Source: an uncultured delta proteobacterium (lineage in GTDB: Bacteria; Desulfobacterota; Zymogenia; Zymogenales; Zymogenaceae). From it: 64,000 bases of DNA. This document shows positions 10,070 through 21,755 of this stretch, piece by piece. The DNA lies in the NCBI GenBank assembly GCA_963735595.1, contig CAVTLK010000001.1:928001-992000 (forward strand), in the 5' to 3' direction. Under the pieces are notes generated by a model. The model did no database searches. It had not been told where the DNA came from and saw only the letters and a program-made list of their open reading frames with translations. A program made the position numbers and the translations under genes. The first letter of the stretch is position 1. Each line of letters opens with the position of its first letter.

Positions 10070-10672
10070 CTATTCGAGTCCATGAAGTAGTATTTCGTAC
10101 CGGCATTCATCTGCTCCCGTGGCCTTGCAGGCGACCTCCTCGCACCGGGCGTTTTCGAATCCCGCGATATAGCGGGCTATCCCTTCGAGCATCCCGCTTA
10201 CATACGTACAGAATTGCTTCTTGGTCTTGACGCCGTTGCATAGCGTACAACCGGGATTATGAAAGACGGTTTTGTTCTCAAGAAAGTCGAAAAGGGGGGG
10301 ACGGTTGATATTGGCGGTATAGAGGTTCAGAATGATCTTCAGTTTCTCCATCTGCGGGATATCTTTACTCTCAGCGATCTGCCGGACCGGTTCGCTTTTC
10401 TCAACGAGATGTTTAATCGTGCCTCTTCCCGCCCGCACCACAATCGCCTTGGTGCCCGACTCTCCGAGAACATCAACCGACGCCCTGATAATCCGATCGG
10501 CGAACGCCTGAGGGTATTTCACGTCTTCCGAATAGCCCGGCTGGTTGTCGATCAATTCCTGAAGCCCGGAGTAGTTGAGAATAGAGTTCTTGCCTCCCTT
10601 GCCGATAATCTCTTCATAGGCATCGATTACAACCCTGAGCGCCATCGAGCTGATATCGTCTTTTGCATCCAT
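10070..10672 (-). CDS. Stand-alone V4R-domain protein
   Basis: IIGKGG.NSILNYSGL N-terminus and CTLC...FC...G.LEG...CEEVACKATGADECRYEI. Confidence 0.8.
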   Translation of the reverse strand: MDAKDDISSMALRVVIDAYEEIIGKGGKNSILNYSGLQELIDNQPGYSEDVKYPQAFADRIIRASVDVLGESGTKAIVVRAGRGTIKHLVEKSEPVRQIAESKDIPQMEKLKIILNLYTANINRPPLFDFLENKTVFHNPGCTLCNGVKTKKQFCTYVSGMLEGIARYIAGFENARCEEVACKATGADECRYEILLHGLE

Positions 10673-10918
10673 GCTTCCTCCGGCGTTGAGTTATAAAATA
10701 CCTAAAAGGATAGGATTCCGATAGTTTATCAAAAAATCTAACCAATTATATCGTATCAGGAATTCGAGGATCGTTCAAGAAAACAATGGGTATATGTAAA
10801 TTTTTGTATTAATTGCCGAACACGGCTGAAGTCGGAGATCTCGTGAAAGCCGGTCGCCCACCGTGCCCGCCGGTTAACAAATCCGGCGCTTCCGCAATGG
10901 GACGGGTGCCCCTTGCGT

Positions 10919-12361
10919 CTATCCTTTGATAACCCCTAACGGCCTGGTCTTGGCGACCTTCTTAGAAAGACCCGCTCCGTGCACCACTTCTACCACCCGG
11001 TCCACGTCCTTATAGGCATCCGGCATCTCCTCTGCCAGAGAGTCCCTGCCCCCCGCCATGACGAAGATCCCATGCCCCAGGAGCTCCCCCCGTATCGACC
11101 GACCCCTGGCCGCCTTAACGGCCGCCGTTCGCGAGAGTACCCTCCCCGCCCCGTGGCACGTGCTGCCGAACGTCTCCCTGAGCGCCCCCTCCGTCCCCAC
11201 CAGCACGTAGGAATTGGTGCCCATGTCCCCCGGTATCAGGATCGGCTGGCCCACCGATCGATATACCTCCCCGACAAGCGGGTGACCTGCGGGCAGCGAG
11301 CGGGTCGCCCCCTTGCGGTGGACGCAGACCTCTTTCATTGCACCGTCCACCTCGTGCCTCTCTATCTTGGCGATATTATGGCAGACGTCGTAGACGAGGT
11401 TCATCTTGAGGGCAGCCGGGGACGCCTCGAATACCTGCATCAAAACCTCCCGCGCCCAGTGCATCATGATCTGCCGGTTGGCCCAGGCATAGTTGGCGGC
11501 GCACGCCATGCCCGCCAGATAGTTACGCCCCTCCCGTGACGTGAGGGGCGCGCAGGCCAGCTGACGATCGGGGAGATCTATCCCCTCCCGCGCCGATACC
11601 CTTCCGAGGGTCTTGAGAAAATCGTCGCAGACCTGATACCCGAGCCCCCGGGAACCGGAGTGGATCAAAACAACGACTCCGCCGACAAAGAGCCCGAACG
11701 CCCGTGCCGCCGTCTCGTCATATATCTCCTCGGTCACCGCCACCTCAATGAAGTGGTTGCCGCTGCCCAGAGTGCCGAGCTGGTCCCTGCCCCTCTCCAG
11801 CGCCCGCTCCGAGATAACCTCCGGGTCGGCCCCATCCATCCGTCCGTCGTCCTCGGTACGCATCAGGTCCTCTTCGGTGCCCATAGACCGCTCGACCGCC
11901 CACCGCGCGCCGGAAACGAGGACCGCCTTTTGTTCCTTACGGTTGAGCCTGATTTTGCCGGTGGAACCAACCCCTGAGGGAATAGTCCGAAAGAGCGCCG
12001 TCGTGAGCTCTTCGATTTTCGGTTCGACCTCGCGGGCCGTCAATTCGGTGCGCATCAGGCGGCAGCCGCAGTTTATATCGTAGCCCACGCCCCCGGGCGA
12101 GACAACTCCCTGATCCATATCGAAGGCGGCCACCCCGCCGATCGGGAAACCGTAGCCCCAATGCATATCGGGCATCGCCAGACTATGCCCGATAATCCCC
12201 GGCAGCGTCGCCACGTTTGCCACCTGAACCGTTCCCTGGTCCCGCTGAATGTCTTCGAGCATTACCTCATCCGTGTAGATAAGCCCGGGCACGCGCATTT
12301 TGCCCGATCGGGGCACTTCCCACCGGTATTGATCAAGCCGCTTCAGTTCTGTTGCCATCAC
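10919..12361 (-). CDS. rtcB: RNA-splicing/repair ligase RtcB
   Basis: MPDMHWGYGFPIG, GYDINCG, GTLGSGNHF, IHSGSRG, HNIAK, HRKGAT, PGDMG, HGAGR and AYKD. Confidence 0.97.
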   Translation of the reverse strand: MMATELKRLDQYRWEVPRSGKMRVPGLIYTDEVMLEDIQRDQGTVQVANVATLPGIIGHSLAMPDMHWGYGFPIGGVAAFDMDQGVVSPGGVGYDINCGCRLMRTELTAREVEPKIEELTTALFRTIPSGVGSTGKIRLNRKEQKAVLVSGARWAVERSMGTEEDLMRTEDDGRMDGADPEVISERALERGRDQLGTLGSGNHFIEVAVTEEIYDETAARAFGLFVGGVVVLIHSGSRGLGYQVCDDFLKTLGRVSAREGIDLPDRQLACAPLTSREGRNYLAGMACAANYAWANRQIMMHWAREVLMQVFEASPAALKMNLVYDVCHNIAKIERHEVDGAMKEVCVHRKGATRSLPAGHPLVGEVYRSVGQPILIPGDMGTNSYVLVGTEGALRETFGSTCHGAGRVLSRTAAVKAARGRSIRGELLGHGIFVMAGGRDSLAEEMPDAYKDVDRVVEVVHGAGLSKKVAKTRPLGVIKG

Positions 12362-12367
12362 CGTTGC

Positions 12368-12784
12368 CTATATATCAAATATCACGGAAACACTGAATTT
12401 CTCGTCGCGCCTGACTATCTCAAGGCCGTGATAGGTGACGGCCTTGATTTCACACCTGGCCTCATGACGCCCTTTGACAAACGGCTCGCCCCCGCATCGG
12501 GCGGTAATCCCGGTCTCGGAAAAGTCCGTGATCTCGAACCGGGAAAAGAGCATCCCCTCTCCCGAGAGGCGGTACAACAGTTCTCTGATCCAGTCGACGA
12601 GAAGCTCACGCGCATCGTCACCCGACGCCCGCACCTGCCTGAATTCCCGTACGTCGATTGTCCCTACGCCCACCGTGATGTCAAAGAGGGCCGCGGCCGC
12701 CTCTACGAAGAGCCCCTCCATGCTGTCGGCCGTCACCTCTATCCGCAGGTCGGCTGTATGATCCAGAAACCGATAGGGCCCCAT
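12368..12784 (-). CDS. Archease (RtcB activator)
   Basis: YRFLDHTAD at the N-terminus and EIKAVTYH...VIFDI at the C-terminus. The ATG overlaps the rodA stop (TAATG). Confidence 0.93.
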   Translation of the reverse strand: MGPYRFLDHTADLRIEVTADSMEGLFVEAAAALFDITVGVGTIDVREFRQVRASGDDARELLVDWIRELLYRLSGEGMLFSRFEITDFSETGITARCGGEPFVKGRHEARCEIKAVTYHGLEIVRRDEKFSVSVIFDI

Positions 12785-13890
12785 TAGAATATCTTTCGCT
12801 TCCGATGAATGTTGAGAAGAAGACCGACCGCACACAGGCTGGCGACCAATGACGACCCCCCGTACGAAAGGAAGGGAAGCGGAATGCCGACCACCGGGAA
12901 GATTCCCGTGGCCATCCCGACATTGATGAAGAACTGCCAGATAAAAAACGAGGCGATACCCGTGGCAACCGCTCCCCCAAAAAAGTCCTTGGCCTCCCGG
13001 GCGATAGCAAGTCCCCTGATGATCAGCAGGAAGAAGAGGCCCACGACTATCACTGCGCCGATAAATCCCCATTCCTCGGCAAGGACCGAGAATATGAAGT
13101 CGGTATGCTGCTCCGGCAGGAATTTCAACAGCCCCTGCGTCCCGTTCATGAACCCTTTGCCGAACAAACCGCCGCTGCCGACGGCGATCTTGGATTGAAT
13201 GATGTGATAACCCGATCCGAGCGGATCGAGATTCGGATCAATAAAGGTCAGTATCCGCTGTCTCTGGTACGGCTTGAGGAACTTCCAACCGAAGTAGATG
13301 ATCGGCGGCGCCGATACGACGCCCGTCAGAACCAGTGACAACAAGGTCTTCGGGCGCATTTTTATCGCAAAGACCATCGTCAGGAAGACGAGAACCAAGA
13401 GACCCGCCGAACCCAGGTCAGGCTCCTTGAGGACAAGCGCCGCGGGAACGGCAATCATGAACGCCGGTATAATCAGGTTCGTCAGCCGCAGCCCGTCTTC
13501 GGTCATCACGCCGGAGAAATACTTGGACAGGGCAAATATCAGGGATAGTTTCATATATTCGGATGGCTGGAACGAGACCGGCCCGATCGTATACCACCGG
13601 ACGGTCCCGGACGCCCGATCACCCAGGAAGAAGAGCCCGACAAGAAGCAGGATATTGGCGGCATAGATCCAGTATCCCCAGCGTTCAAAGAAATGGTAGT
13701 CTATGAGCGCCACACATACCATAACGATGACGCCCAATCCGAGCCAGTATAGCTGCTTGAGATAAACGGGCAGCGACGATGCGGGCTCAAGGCGCGTGGC
13801 CGAATAGAGATTAGCGATCCCGATTCCCACGAGCGCCGCGGTCAATAAGATGAGGGAGAGATCCAGCTTCTTTATCATCGAAAAGGTCAT
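12784..13890 (-). CDS. rodA: Rod shape-determining SEDS glycosyltransferase RodA
   Basis: FQPSEYMK, EPDLGS, YQRQRI, GYHIIQSKIAVGSGG, LPEQHTDFIF and PFLSYGGSS. Follows mrdA. Confidence 0.95.
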   Translation of the reverse strand: MTFSMIKKLDLSLILLTAALVGIGIANLYSATRLEPASSLPVYLKQLYWLGLGVIVMVCVALIDYHFFERWGYWIYAANILLLVGLFFLGDRASGTVRWYTIGPVSFQPSEYMKLSLIFALSKYFSGVMTEDGLRLTNLIIPAFMIAVPAALVLKEPDLGSAGLLVLVFLTMVFAIKMRPKTLLSLVLTGVVSAPPIIYFGWKFLKPYQRQRILTFIDPNLDPLGSGYHIIQSKIAVGSGGLFGKGFMNGTQGLLKFLPEQHTDFIFSVLAEEWGFIGAVIVVGLFFLLIIRGLAIAREAKDFFGGAVATGIASFFIWQFFINVGMATGIFPVVGIPLPFLSYGGSSLVASLCAVGLLLNIHRKRKIF

Positions 13891-15763
13891 CGCCGCGATC
13901 GTCCCTTGAGCGTAAAATATTTATTCAGGATTGCTCCTGCCAGCGGGGACGCGGTGGACCCGCCGAATCCGCCGTGCTCGACCAACACCACGACGGCGAC
14001 CTCCGGATCGTTGAAGGGCGCGAAACAGACGAACCATGCATGATCGCGCAGCTCGTAGGGGAGATACTTGCTTATATAGCTGCCCGACATGACCTGCGCC
14101 GTACCGGTCTTTCCGCACACGTCTTTCCCCTCCACCCTCGCCTGCCAGCCGGTCCCCCCCGGCTCGTTTACCGCGCCGAAGAACCCCTCCTTGATGATCC
14201 GGATCGTCTCGGGAGAAACCGGGACGGTTCCCGTCTTCTTGCTCTCGTAGACCTCGATAGTGTCCCCGTCCGGGGTTAAAAGCTCCCTGGCGACCCTGGG
14301 CTCATAGAGGGTCCCGTTATTGGCCAGGGCGCAGAACGCGGATAGCAGCTGGAGCGGCGTCACGAGGTTATATCCCTGGCCGATGGCGCACGATATTGTC
14401 TCTCCCGGAAACCAGGGAATTCCGAAGTAGTTTTTCTTCCATTCAGTGGAAGGACAAATCCCCGGCTTCTCTCCGGCGATCGGTATGCCCGTCAGCCTCC
14501 CGAGCCCGTACCCGCTTCCGTAGACGGCAAGCTTGTCGATGCCGACCTTGTCCCCGAGTTTATAGAAGAAGACGTCGCACGATTCCACGATCGCCCGGTG
14601 AACCGAGATACGGCCGTGCCCTCCCGCCTTATAACAGTTAAAGATCGCTCCGCCGTAGGGAAAGGAGCCCGGACAATAGAGCACCGTCTTCTCGTCGATA
14701 ATTCCCTCTTCGAGGGCCGCGCTGGCCGTGATCAGCTTATACGTTGAGCCGGGTGCATATTGGCCCGATATACACTTGTCCTCGAGGGGATGCCTCTTGT
14801 CGGTAATCAGTTCCTTCCATTCGTCCGGCGCTATTCCACGGGCAAAAAGCGCGGGGTCAAACCCTGGTTCCGACACCATCGCCAGAATCTCGAAAGTTTT
14901 CGGATTCATGACGATGATTGCACCCGCGTACTCCTTGTCTTCCATCAGGCGCCGTGCGTACTCCTGGAGGTCCCAGTCAAGCGTCAGGACAAGGTTGTTG
15001 CCGGCAACCGCCTTCAGCTCCCCGAGGACTTTCGATTCCCTCCCGGTAGAATCCACCTCCACCTGGACACCGCCGTCGGTCCCTCTCAGTTCCTCGTCCC
15101 AGGTCTCTTCCACACCGCCCCTGCCGATGATGTCGCCCAGCCGATATCCGGAGAACTCCTCCTTCCCAAGTTCCGCCTCGCCTATCTCGCTCATATGTCC
15201 GAAAAGGTGCGGCGCCAGCGGTCCGTGTACGTAGTCTCTTATCGGCCGCACCACCAGGGCCGTTCCTGACATTCGATAGAGGTGGGTAATGAGAGGGGCC
15301 GCCTGTTCGAGGGGGATATCGCGGACGACCGTCAGGGGATGGAATTTCTGATACTTCTTCCGCTCTTTAATGAGATTGGCGGTAATCGTCGTTTCCGGTA
15401 CGCCCGTGAGCCGGGAAATGGTCTTGATGGTCTCATCCATGTCTGTGATGAAATCCTCCGAGACCGTGACGTTGAAAGAGGGGCGGTTGGTGACGATTAC
15501 CCGTTTGTACGATCAAGGATCATCCCCCGCGGGGCGGGCAGCTCAACGAGCCGAACCCTGTTTTCCTCGCTCATGAGACGAAACTCATCATTCATATAGA
15601 GCTGGAGATATGCCAGGCGCGCCACGAGCAACGAGGGAGACGACCGCCGCAAGGGTAATCGGCAGGTACGTTCTCAACGTCCGTGACGGGTCAATTCTTT
15701 GAAGAGCTGAACGCATTGGTAATCCGGTTCGGGGGCCGCCTCTACACGAGCGGCTCGCCCCAT
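13887..15763 (-). CDS. mrdA: Penicillin-binding protein 2 (frameshifts in the 5' part; start approximate)
   Basis: PGSTYK (SxxK), SCD (SxD) and KTGT motifs. The upstream piece ARLAYLQL...ENRVRLVELPAPRGMILDR is in another frame. Confidence 0.9.
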
Positions 15764-16316
15764 TCCTCCCGCATGAAACGGGTTAGATAGTATCCGCCCC
15801 GTTCCGGGATCGAAATACTTTAACACCGGCAGAAGCAGAACGCCCGCAAGCGCGGTCAGGAGGGCGGAAAGACATGACGTGACGATAAATGACCCGAACG
15901 TCCCAACCGTCTTACCCCACAAGAGCGTGATTACGGCCAACACGCCGTACAGAGAGAACATCGTCGCTAATATCGCCGGAAACATCAGGGTGAGGCGATC
16001 GACGTAGATCATGCGGGAAATAAGACGGGCGTACCCCATAACGAAAAACACGCAAAAGAGCCCTTCACCGAGAACCGCACCCGAATAGAGGTCAAGCAAC
16101 AGCCCCAGGATAAGACTGATGAGGACTCCGGTACCCGGCGACTTGTACACCCCGATGTATACGATGACCAGGAGCAGCCACTCTATCCTGATTCCCCGTA
16201 CGTCCGCCGCGATCCCCTGAACGATCAGGGCCGCGGCTCCCGAGCAGCACAAACAGGAAAAATCCGAGGTATTTGCGGGTCCTGCTCTGCCTGATGACGT
16301 TCTTTTTGTCACTCAT
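15742..16316 (-). CDS. mreD: Rod shape-determining protein MreD (apparent frameshifts)
   Basis: Hydrophobic protein with GLLLDLYSG between mreC and mrdA, pieced together from two to three frames. Confidence 0.75.
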
Positions 16317-16474
16317 TGTGTATACGGTCGAGACAAAATGCGGCAGACCGACTGCCTCTGATTCTCACCCGCCGGCCGTGATCGTCCCGATTACGGACAA
16401 CAGGCGCCCGGTTGTATCTTGTATCGTCGGGCGGTGCCCGATGTCCCCCCACCGAATGATCGGAGAACCCGGGC

Positions 16475-17302
16475 CTATCTAACGATCAGCAGCACCTCCT
16501 CGATATTTCCGAGATCGGTCTTTGGGTCGACCATGATAATCTGAAACAGATCGGAGACCGGCTTTTCGATCTCAATCACGTCACCCACTGGCAGCCCCTT
16601 TGGGAAGCTGTCGCCCACTCCCGCGGTAACTATCGAATCCCCAACCCTGACCGTAGCCTCGCTGTCTATATACGAAAGCCTGATGCTTCCATCGGTAGAC
16701 CCTTCAAGAATTCCTATCTCGCGGTTCTCCTGAACCAGAACATCGATGCGGCTGTTCTTGTCGTTGATGAGCATGATTCGCGACGAGTCTCGCGAAACCG
16801 TCAGAACCAACCCCACGATCCCGTTAGGGGAGATAACCGGCATATTAAGCGTTACACCGTCCGCGGAATCCCTTGTCGATGACAATGGTGCTTGAAAGTA
16901 TCGAGGGGTCGCGGCCGACGACCCGCGCCGGCATGAGCGTATACGGCGCCTTCTCGGAAAATCCGAGGATTTCCTCCAGCCGCTTGTTTTTCTTTTCGGT
17001 CTCAATATAAAGGGTCTTGAGATTGTCGTACTTTGTCGATATCTCGCCGACCAGCCGCCTCAGGTCCTCGTTTTCTTCTTTCGTGTCCCTGAGAAGGATG
17101 TAATGATCACAGACATCCCTGACTGTATCGACCGCGGAAGAGACGATCGCCCTGAATCGGGGAAAAGACGCCCAGCAGGGCCGTGCCTGCCCCGTTCGGA
17201 AAGCGAACCGTCGAGCGTCGGGTAGCCGATCAACAGAATCGAGGAGATAAAGATTATCGTACCGGCGAGAGTTCCCTTATGGCGGCGTAAAAAAGACAAC
17301 AT
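16475..17302 (-). CDS. mreC: Rod shape-determining protein MreC (apparent frameshifts)
   Basis: C-terminal GVTLNMPVISPNGIVG...GDSIVTAG..FPKGLPVG. N-terminal TM in the 17060-17302 frame. Confidence 0.85.
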
Positions 17303-17478
17303 TGATGGTTTTTTCGTTTAGAAATAAATCCGTGATACGAGAGCCCTGCACACAGTGCTCGTCCGGGGATGCCCGGATAGGCTCTTACCCTCATTCGGAG
17401 GCGACCTCCGGCCCACATCTCGACGATGAGATACTCCCGGCGGCCCTTCACGGCCTTTTCGGAAGAACCGCGGGCCGC

Positions 17479-18530
<1,052 letters not shown>

Positions 18531-18889
18531 CTAATAACCCGAAACCGTAAAACTTTTCCTAACTCGAGATATTATATCTATGTCACGGAGATTTCAAGGA
18601 AATTCGTACTTCCACCCGATCGATTGGGCGGCACGCGGTGGAAGGTATCGGCGAAAAACGCCGGCCGGGCACACCGTCGCGGAGATAACCGGGCGGGGGC
18701 GTAAGCGCGCCGGGCCGAAGCCCCCTCTTCGCCGGACCGCTGCCTCGTGTCGGAGATGCCCGCCCTCCCCCGGCGAAACGTCGTCCGTCGTATCAGCGAT
18801 GGATCATCGGCCGTTTTCAGGCTAAAAAGTATTGCTTTTTTCCTCCCGGTCTGGTAATAATTGTATGTCTTTTCGATGTGGAGGAACGT

Positions 18890-19622
18890 GTGCTTGATAT
18901 AATGCGAAAACATGCCGGTTCGTGGTGGATCAAGGCGATACTGATCGCCGTCGCCCTGAGCTTTCGTCATCGGGTTCGGTATCCTGAACAGGGTCAGTAA
19001 CGACAGACCCGAATCGATACGTCGTGCGGGTGGGAGACTACATGGTTACTCCCGACGAGTTCAGTGACCTTATGACGACAAGGGCAGAGGGATTACTTTG
19101 ATAAGTACGGGACCGAGATGACCGACGACGACATCCTCAACGCCCAGGACACGATCATCAGTGAGCGTATCGACCAGATCCTCGAAACAAAGGAAGCAAA
19201 ACGTCTCGGGCTCGTCGTTACCGACGGTGAGGTCGCCGATTATATCTCGGGGATTCCATGTTTCAAAAGGACGGTGAGTTTGACTACGAAACCTACAAGG
19301 ACTTCCTTGACAATTATCTGGGGTATTCCGAAGCGGACGTACGAGAGGCATGGTCAGACAGGGCCTCCTGACACAGAAGATCAGGGACATCGTCACCGAT
19401 TCCGTGAAGGTCACCGACGATAATGTCATGGAAATGGCAAAATCACAGGGGAAGGAGATCACGGCCATCGATGAGTTGAGCCCGGATGAGCGGGAATACT
19501 ACTCCAACCTGGCCCTGGCCGTTAAGAAGTTTTCGACCTATCGCGAATTCCTCGACTACGTCAAGTCCGGCGAGACGATCAAGATCAACCAGGACTATCT
19601 GTATTCCAGGAAGGGCAGCTGA
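18890..19622 (+). CDS. SurA-N/PpiD-like periplasmic chaperone (frameshifted)
   Basis: MLDIMRKHAGSWWIKAILI N-terminus, EAKRLGLVVTDGEV and IKINQDYL C-terminus across several frames. Confidence 0.7.
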
Positions 19623-19713
19623 TACGCCCGGCGACGTAGCGCGTACTCGGGGGGGGCATTCCCCCCGTTCTTTTGGGGCCGTCGGAGGCCGGATCAACCG
19701 TTTCGGGGGGCCT

Positions 19714-20250
19714 ATGTCCGTTTACGTGTTTGAAGACAGGATTCCCGTTATTTCAGATCAGGCATACGTATCCCCCGAGGCCACCGTCGTGGGCGACGTG
19801 ACCATCGGGCCGGGGTGTTTTATCGGACCCGGGGCCCGCATCAAGGGAGACTACGGCACCATCGTTATCGGGAGAGAAACCTCGATCCAGGAAAACTGCG
19901 TCGTTCACGCCCGCCCGGGTGAGCGCTGTGAGATCGGCGGGCGCGTTAATGTCGGTCACGGGGCGATCATTCACGGGGGGTGTGTCGGCGATGGGGCCGT
20001 TATCGGAATGGGTGCAATCGTCAGCGATTTCGCCGAGGTAGGGGCCGGTGCGATCGTGGCCGAGGGATGCGTCGTTATTTCCAGGCAGAAGATACCCGAA
20101 CGATCCATCGCGGTGGGAGTCCCGGCCAAAATCGCCGGGGAGGTCGCCGAAGATGTACGATTGGCCTATGAGGGGTTCAAAGATATCTACGTCGGTCTCT
20201 CGAAGAGATATAAAGAAGGTCTGAAACCCGTCGAGAAAAAGACATACTGA
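19714..20250 (+). CDS. Gamma-carbonic anhydrase family (YrdA/PaaY-like) hexapeptide protein
   Basis: VGDVTIG, IQENCVVH, VGHGAIIHG, IGMGA and GVPAK. Confidence 0.9.
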   Translation: MSVYVFEDRIPVISDQAYVSPEATVVGDVTIGPGCFIGPGARIKGDYGTIVIGRETSIQENCVVHARPGERCEIGGRVNVGHGAIIHGGCVGDGAVIGMGAIVSDFAEVGAGAIVAEGCVVISRQKIPERSIAVGVPAKIAGEVAEDVRLAYEGFKDIYVGLSKRYKEGLKPVEKKTY

Positions 20251-20290
20251 ACCATGACTGCCAGACCCAGACGCACTCTGAGGCAAGCGG

Positions 20291-20608
20291 GTGCGATTCG
20301 CGGCCGGAATCGCACTGGTGTTGGCTCTCCTCGCGGAGCTCATGAGCCTGTTCATGGAGCACAGCGAGGGGCTTGACGGAGGGGCGCATCTCCTTTTTGC
20401 CGTTGTAGCCGCCGCGGGGGCTGTGATGTTCTTTTTTAGGGTTGCCTACTGCGCATACGTTGTGCTTCCACTGGCCATCGGGATTTTCTTTTATGAGGTC
20501 TACCGCACGGTTTCGGCGACGATTTCCGTGTATACTGTTATATCGGGCGTCTCCTTCTTCGTTGCGGCTCTGCTGTCCTTTATGTTGATTCGAGCGCATA
20601 AGACGTGA
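20291..20608 (+). CDS. Hypothetical small membrane protein
   Basis: Three to four hydrophobic segments. Start uncertain. Confidence 0.5.
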   Translation: MRFAAGIALVLALLAELMSLFMEHSEGLDGGAHLLFAVVAAAGAVMFFFRVAYCAYVVLPLAIGIFFYEVYRTVSATISVYTVISGVSFFVAALLSFMLIRAHKT

Positions 20609-20650
20609 TTGGCCTGATCGGCTTGATTGGCCCGATTGCCCCGATTGCAT
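20607..20650. repeat. 9-bp tandem repeat (GATTGGCCY-like, about 5 copies)
   Basis: gattggcct gatcggctt gattggccc gattgcccc gattgcat. Confidence 0.75.
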
Positions 20651-20651
20651 G

Positions 20652-20680
20652 TTGACATTCCGGCGCCAGTCTGATATTTT
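20652..20680 (+). promoter_or_regulatory. Putative sigma70 promoter
   Basis: TTGACA-N17-TATTTT upstream of the ORF at 20715. Confidence 0.45.
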
Positions 20681-20714
20681 TACCTCCTCATACATCTATT
20701 CGAATCAATAGAAA

Positions 20715-20973
20715 ATGAAACTCGTCGGCGACCCCCAGGGTATTGAAGAACTGAAGTTCTTCAAAGAAAACGAAGACAAAAAAGAATACCTCAAATTGAT
20801 TCTCAATGAGGCGAAGACCAATACCGATTTCAAGACGCGTTTTAAGGATAGGGGAAGGCAAGAATTATTATATCCTCACCTACGACCCGGCCACGGGTGA
20901 TTTTAGCGTCAGAAGGAATGAGGCCAGCGACGCGGCAGGATTTTTCCAGATCCGGCGTCCGTGGAGGATAGAC
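20715..20973 (+). CDS. Small hypothetical protein (frameshifted; end uncertain)
   Basis: MKLVGDPQGIEELKFFKEN... continues as GKNYYILTYDPATGDFSV in another frame. Confidence 0.45.
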
Positions 20974-21094
20974 GAAGACGATATATACAGGAGCCGCGAA
21001 TGGCTCTTTTTTATTGGAGCTAACGTAAACCCATGTCCCGGTTACCCGACGTCCACGACGATGATCGTGATACGGCCGGCGGCGATCCCGACAC

Positions 21095-21755
21095 GTGCCC
21101 GACCGGCTCATGGAGATATACGACCGCCTCCTGATTGCGTTTCGGCCCCCAGCACTGGTGGCCGGCCGATACCCCCTTCGAGGTGGCGGTGGGGGCAATA
21201 CTCACCCAGAACACCAACTGGAAAAACGTCGAGCGGGCCGTGAAAACCTCAAGCGAGCAGGACATCCTTACGGTCGAGGGCATTGACGGTCTTGCCGAGG
21301 CGGAGCTTGCCGCGTTGATCCGGCCTTCCGGCTACTTTACCGTCAAGGCGCGCCGCCTGAAGAATTATATCGGACTATATCGCGGCGAATTACGGGGGAG
21401 ACTTCGCCGACTCGCTTCGACGGAGACGGCACCGAAAAGCGGCGTTGAGCTTCTCTCGGTATCCGGCATCGGCCCGGAGACCGCCGACAGCATACTGCTG
21501 TATGCCGGCGGCCACCCGACGTTCGTCGTCGATGCCTATACGAGGCGGGTCATGGCACAGGCACGGCTTGCCCCGGCGGACGCCCCGTACGAAGAGTTGC
21601 GCCGCCTGTTTATGGACAATCTCGCCCCCGACGTATCCCTCTTTAACGAGTATCACGCGCTGCTTGTCGCCGTGGGAAAGAACTTCTGCCGGCCGAAAGA
21701 ACCCCGGTGTGCGGGATGCCCGCTTGCAGACGACCGAAACGCTTCGGAAATATGA
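21095..21755 (+). CDS. Endonuclease III-like HhH-GPD glycosylase (frameshifted)
   Basis: FGPQHWWP, GAILTQNTNW, GIGPETADSILLYA, FVVDAY and the FeS motif C-RPKEPR-CAGCPL. Confidence 0.85.
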
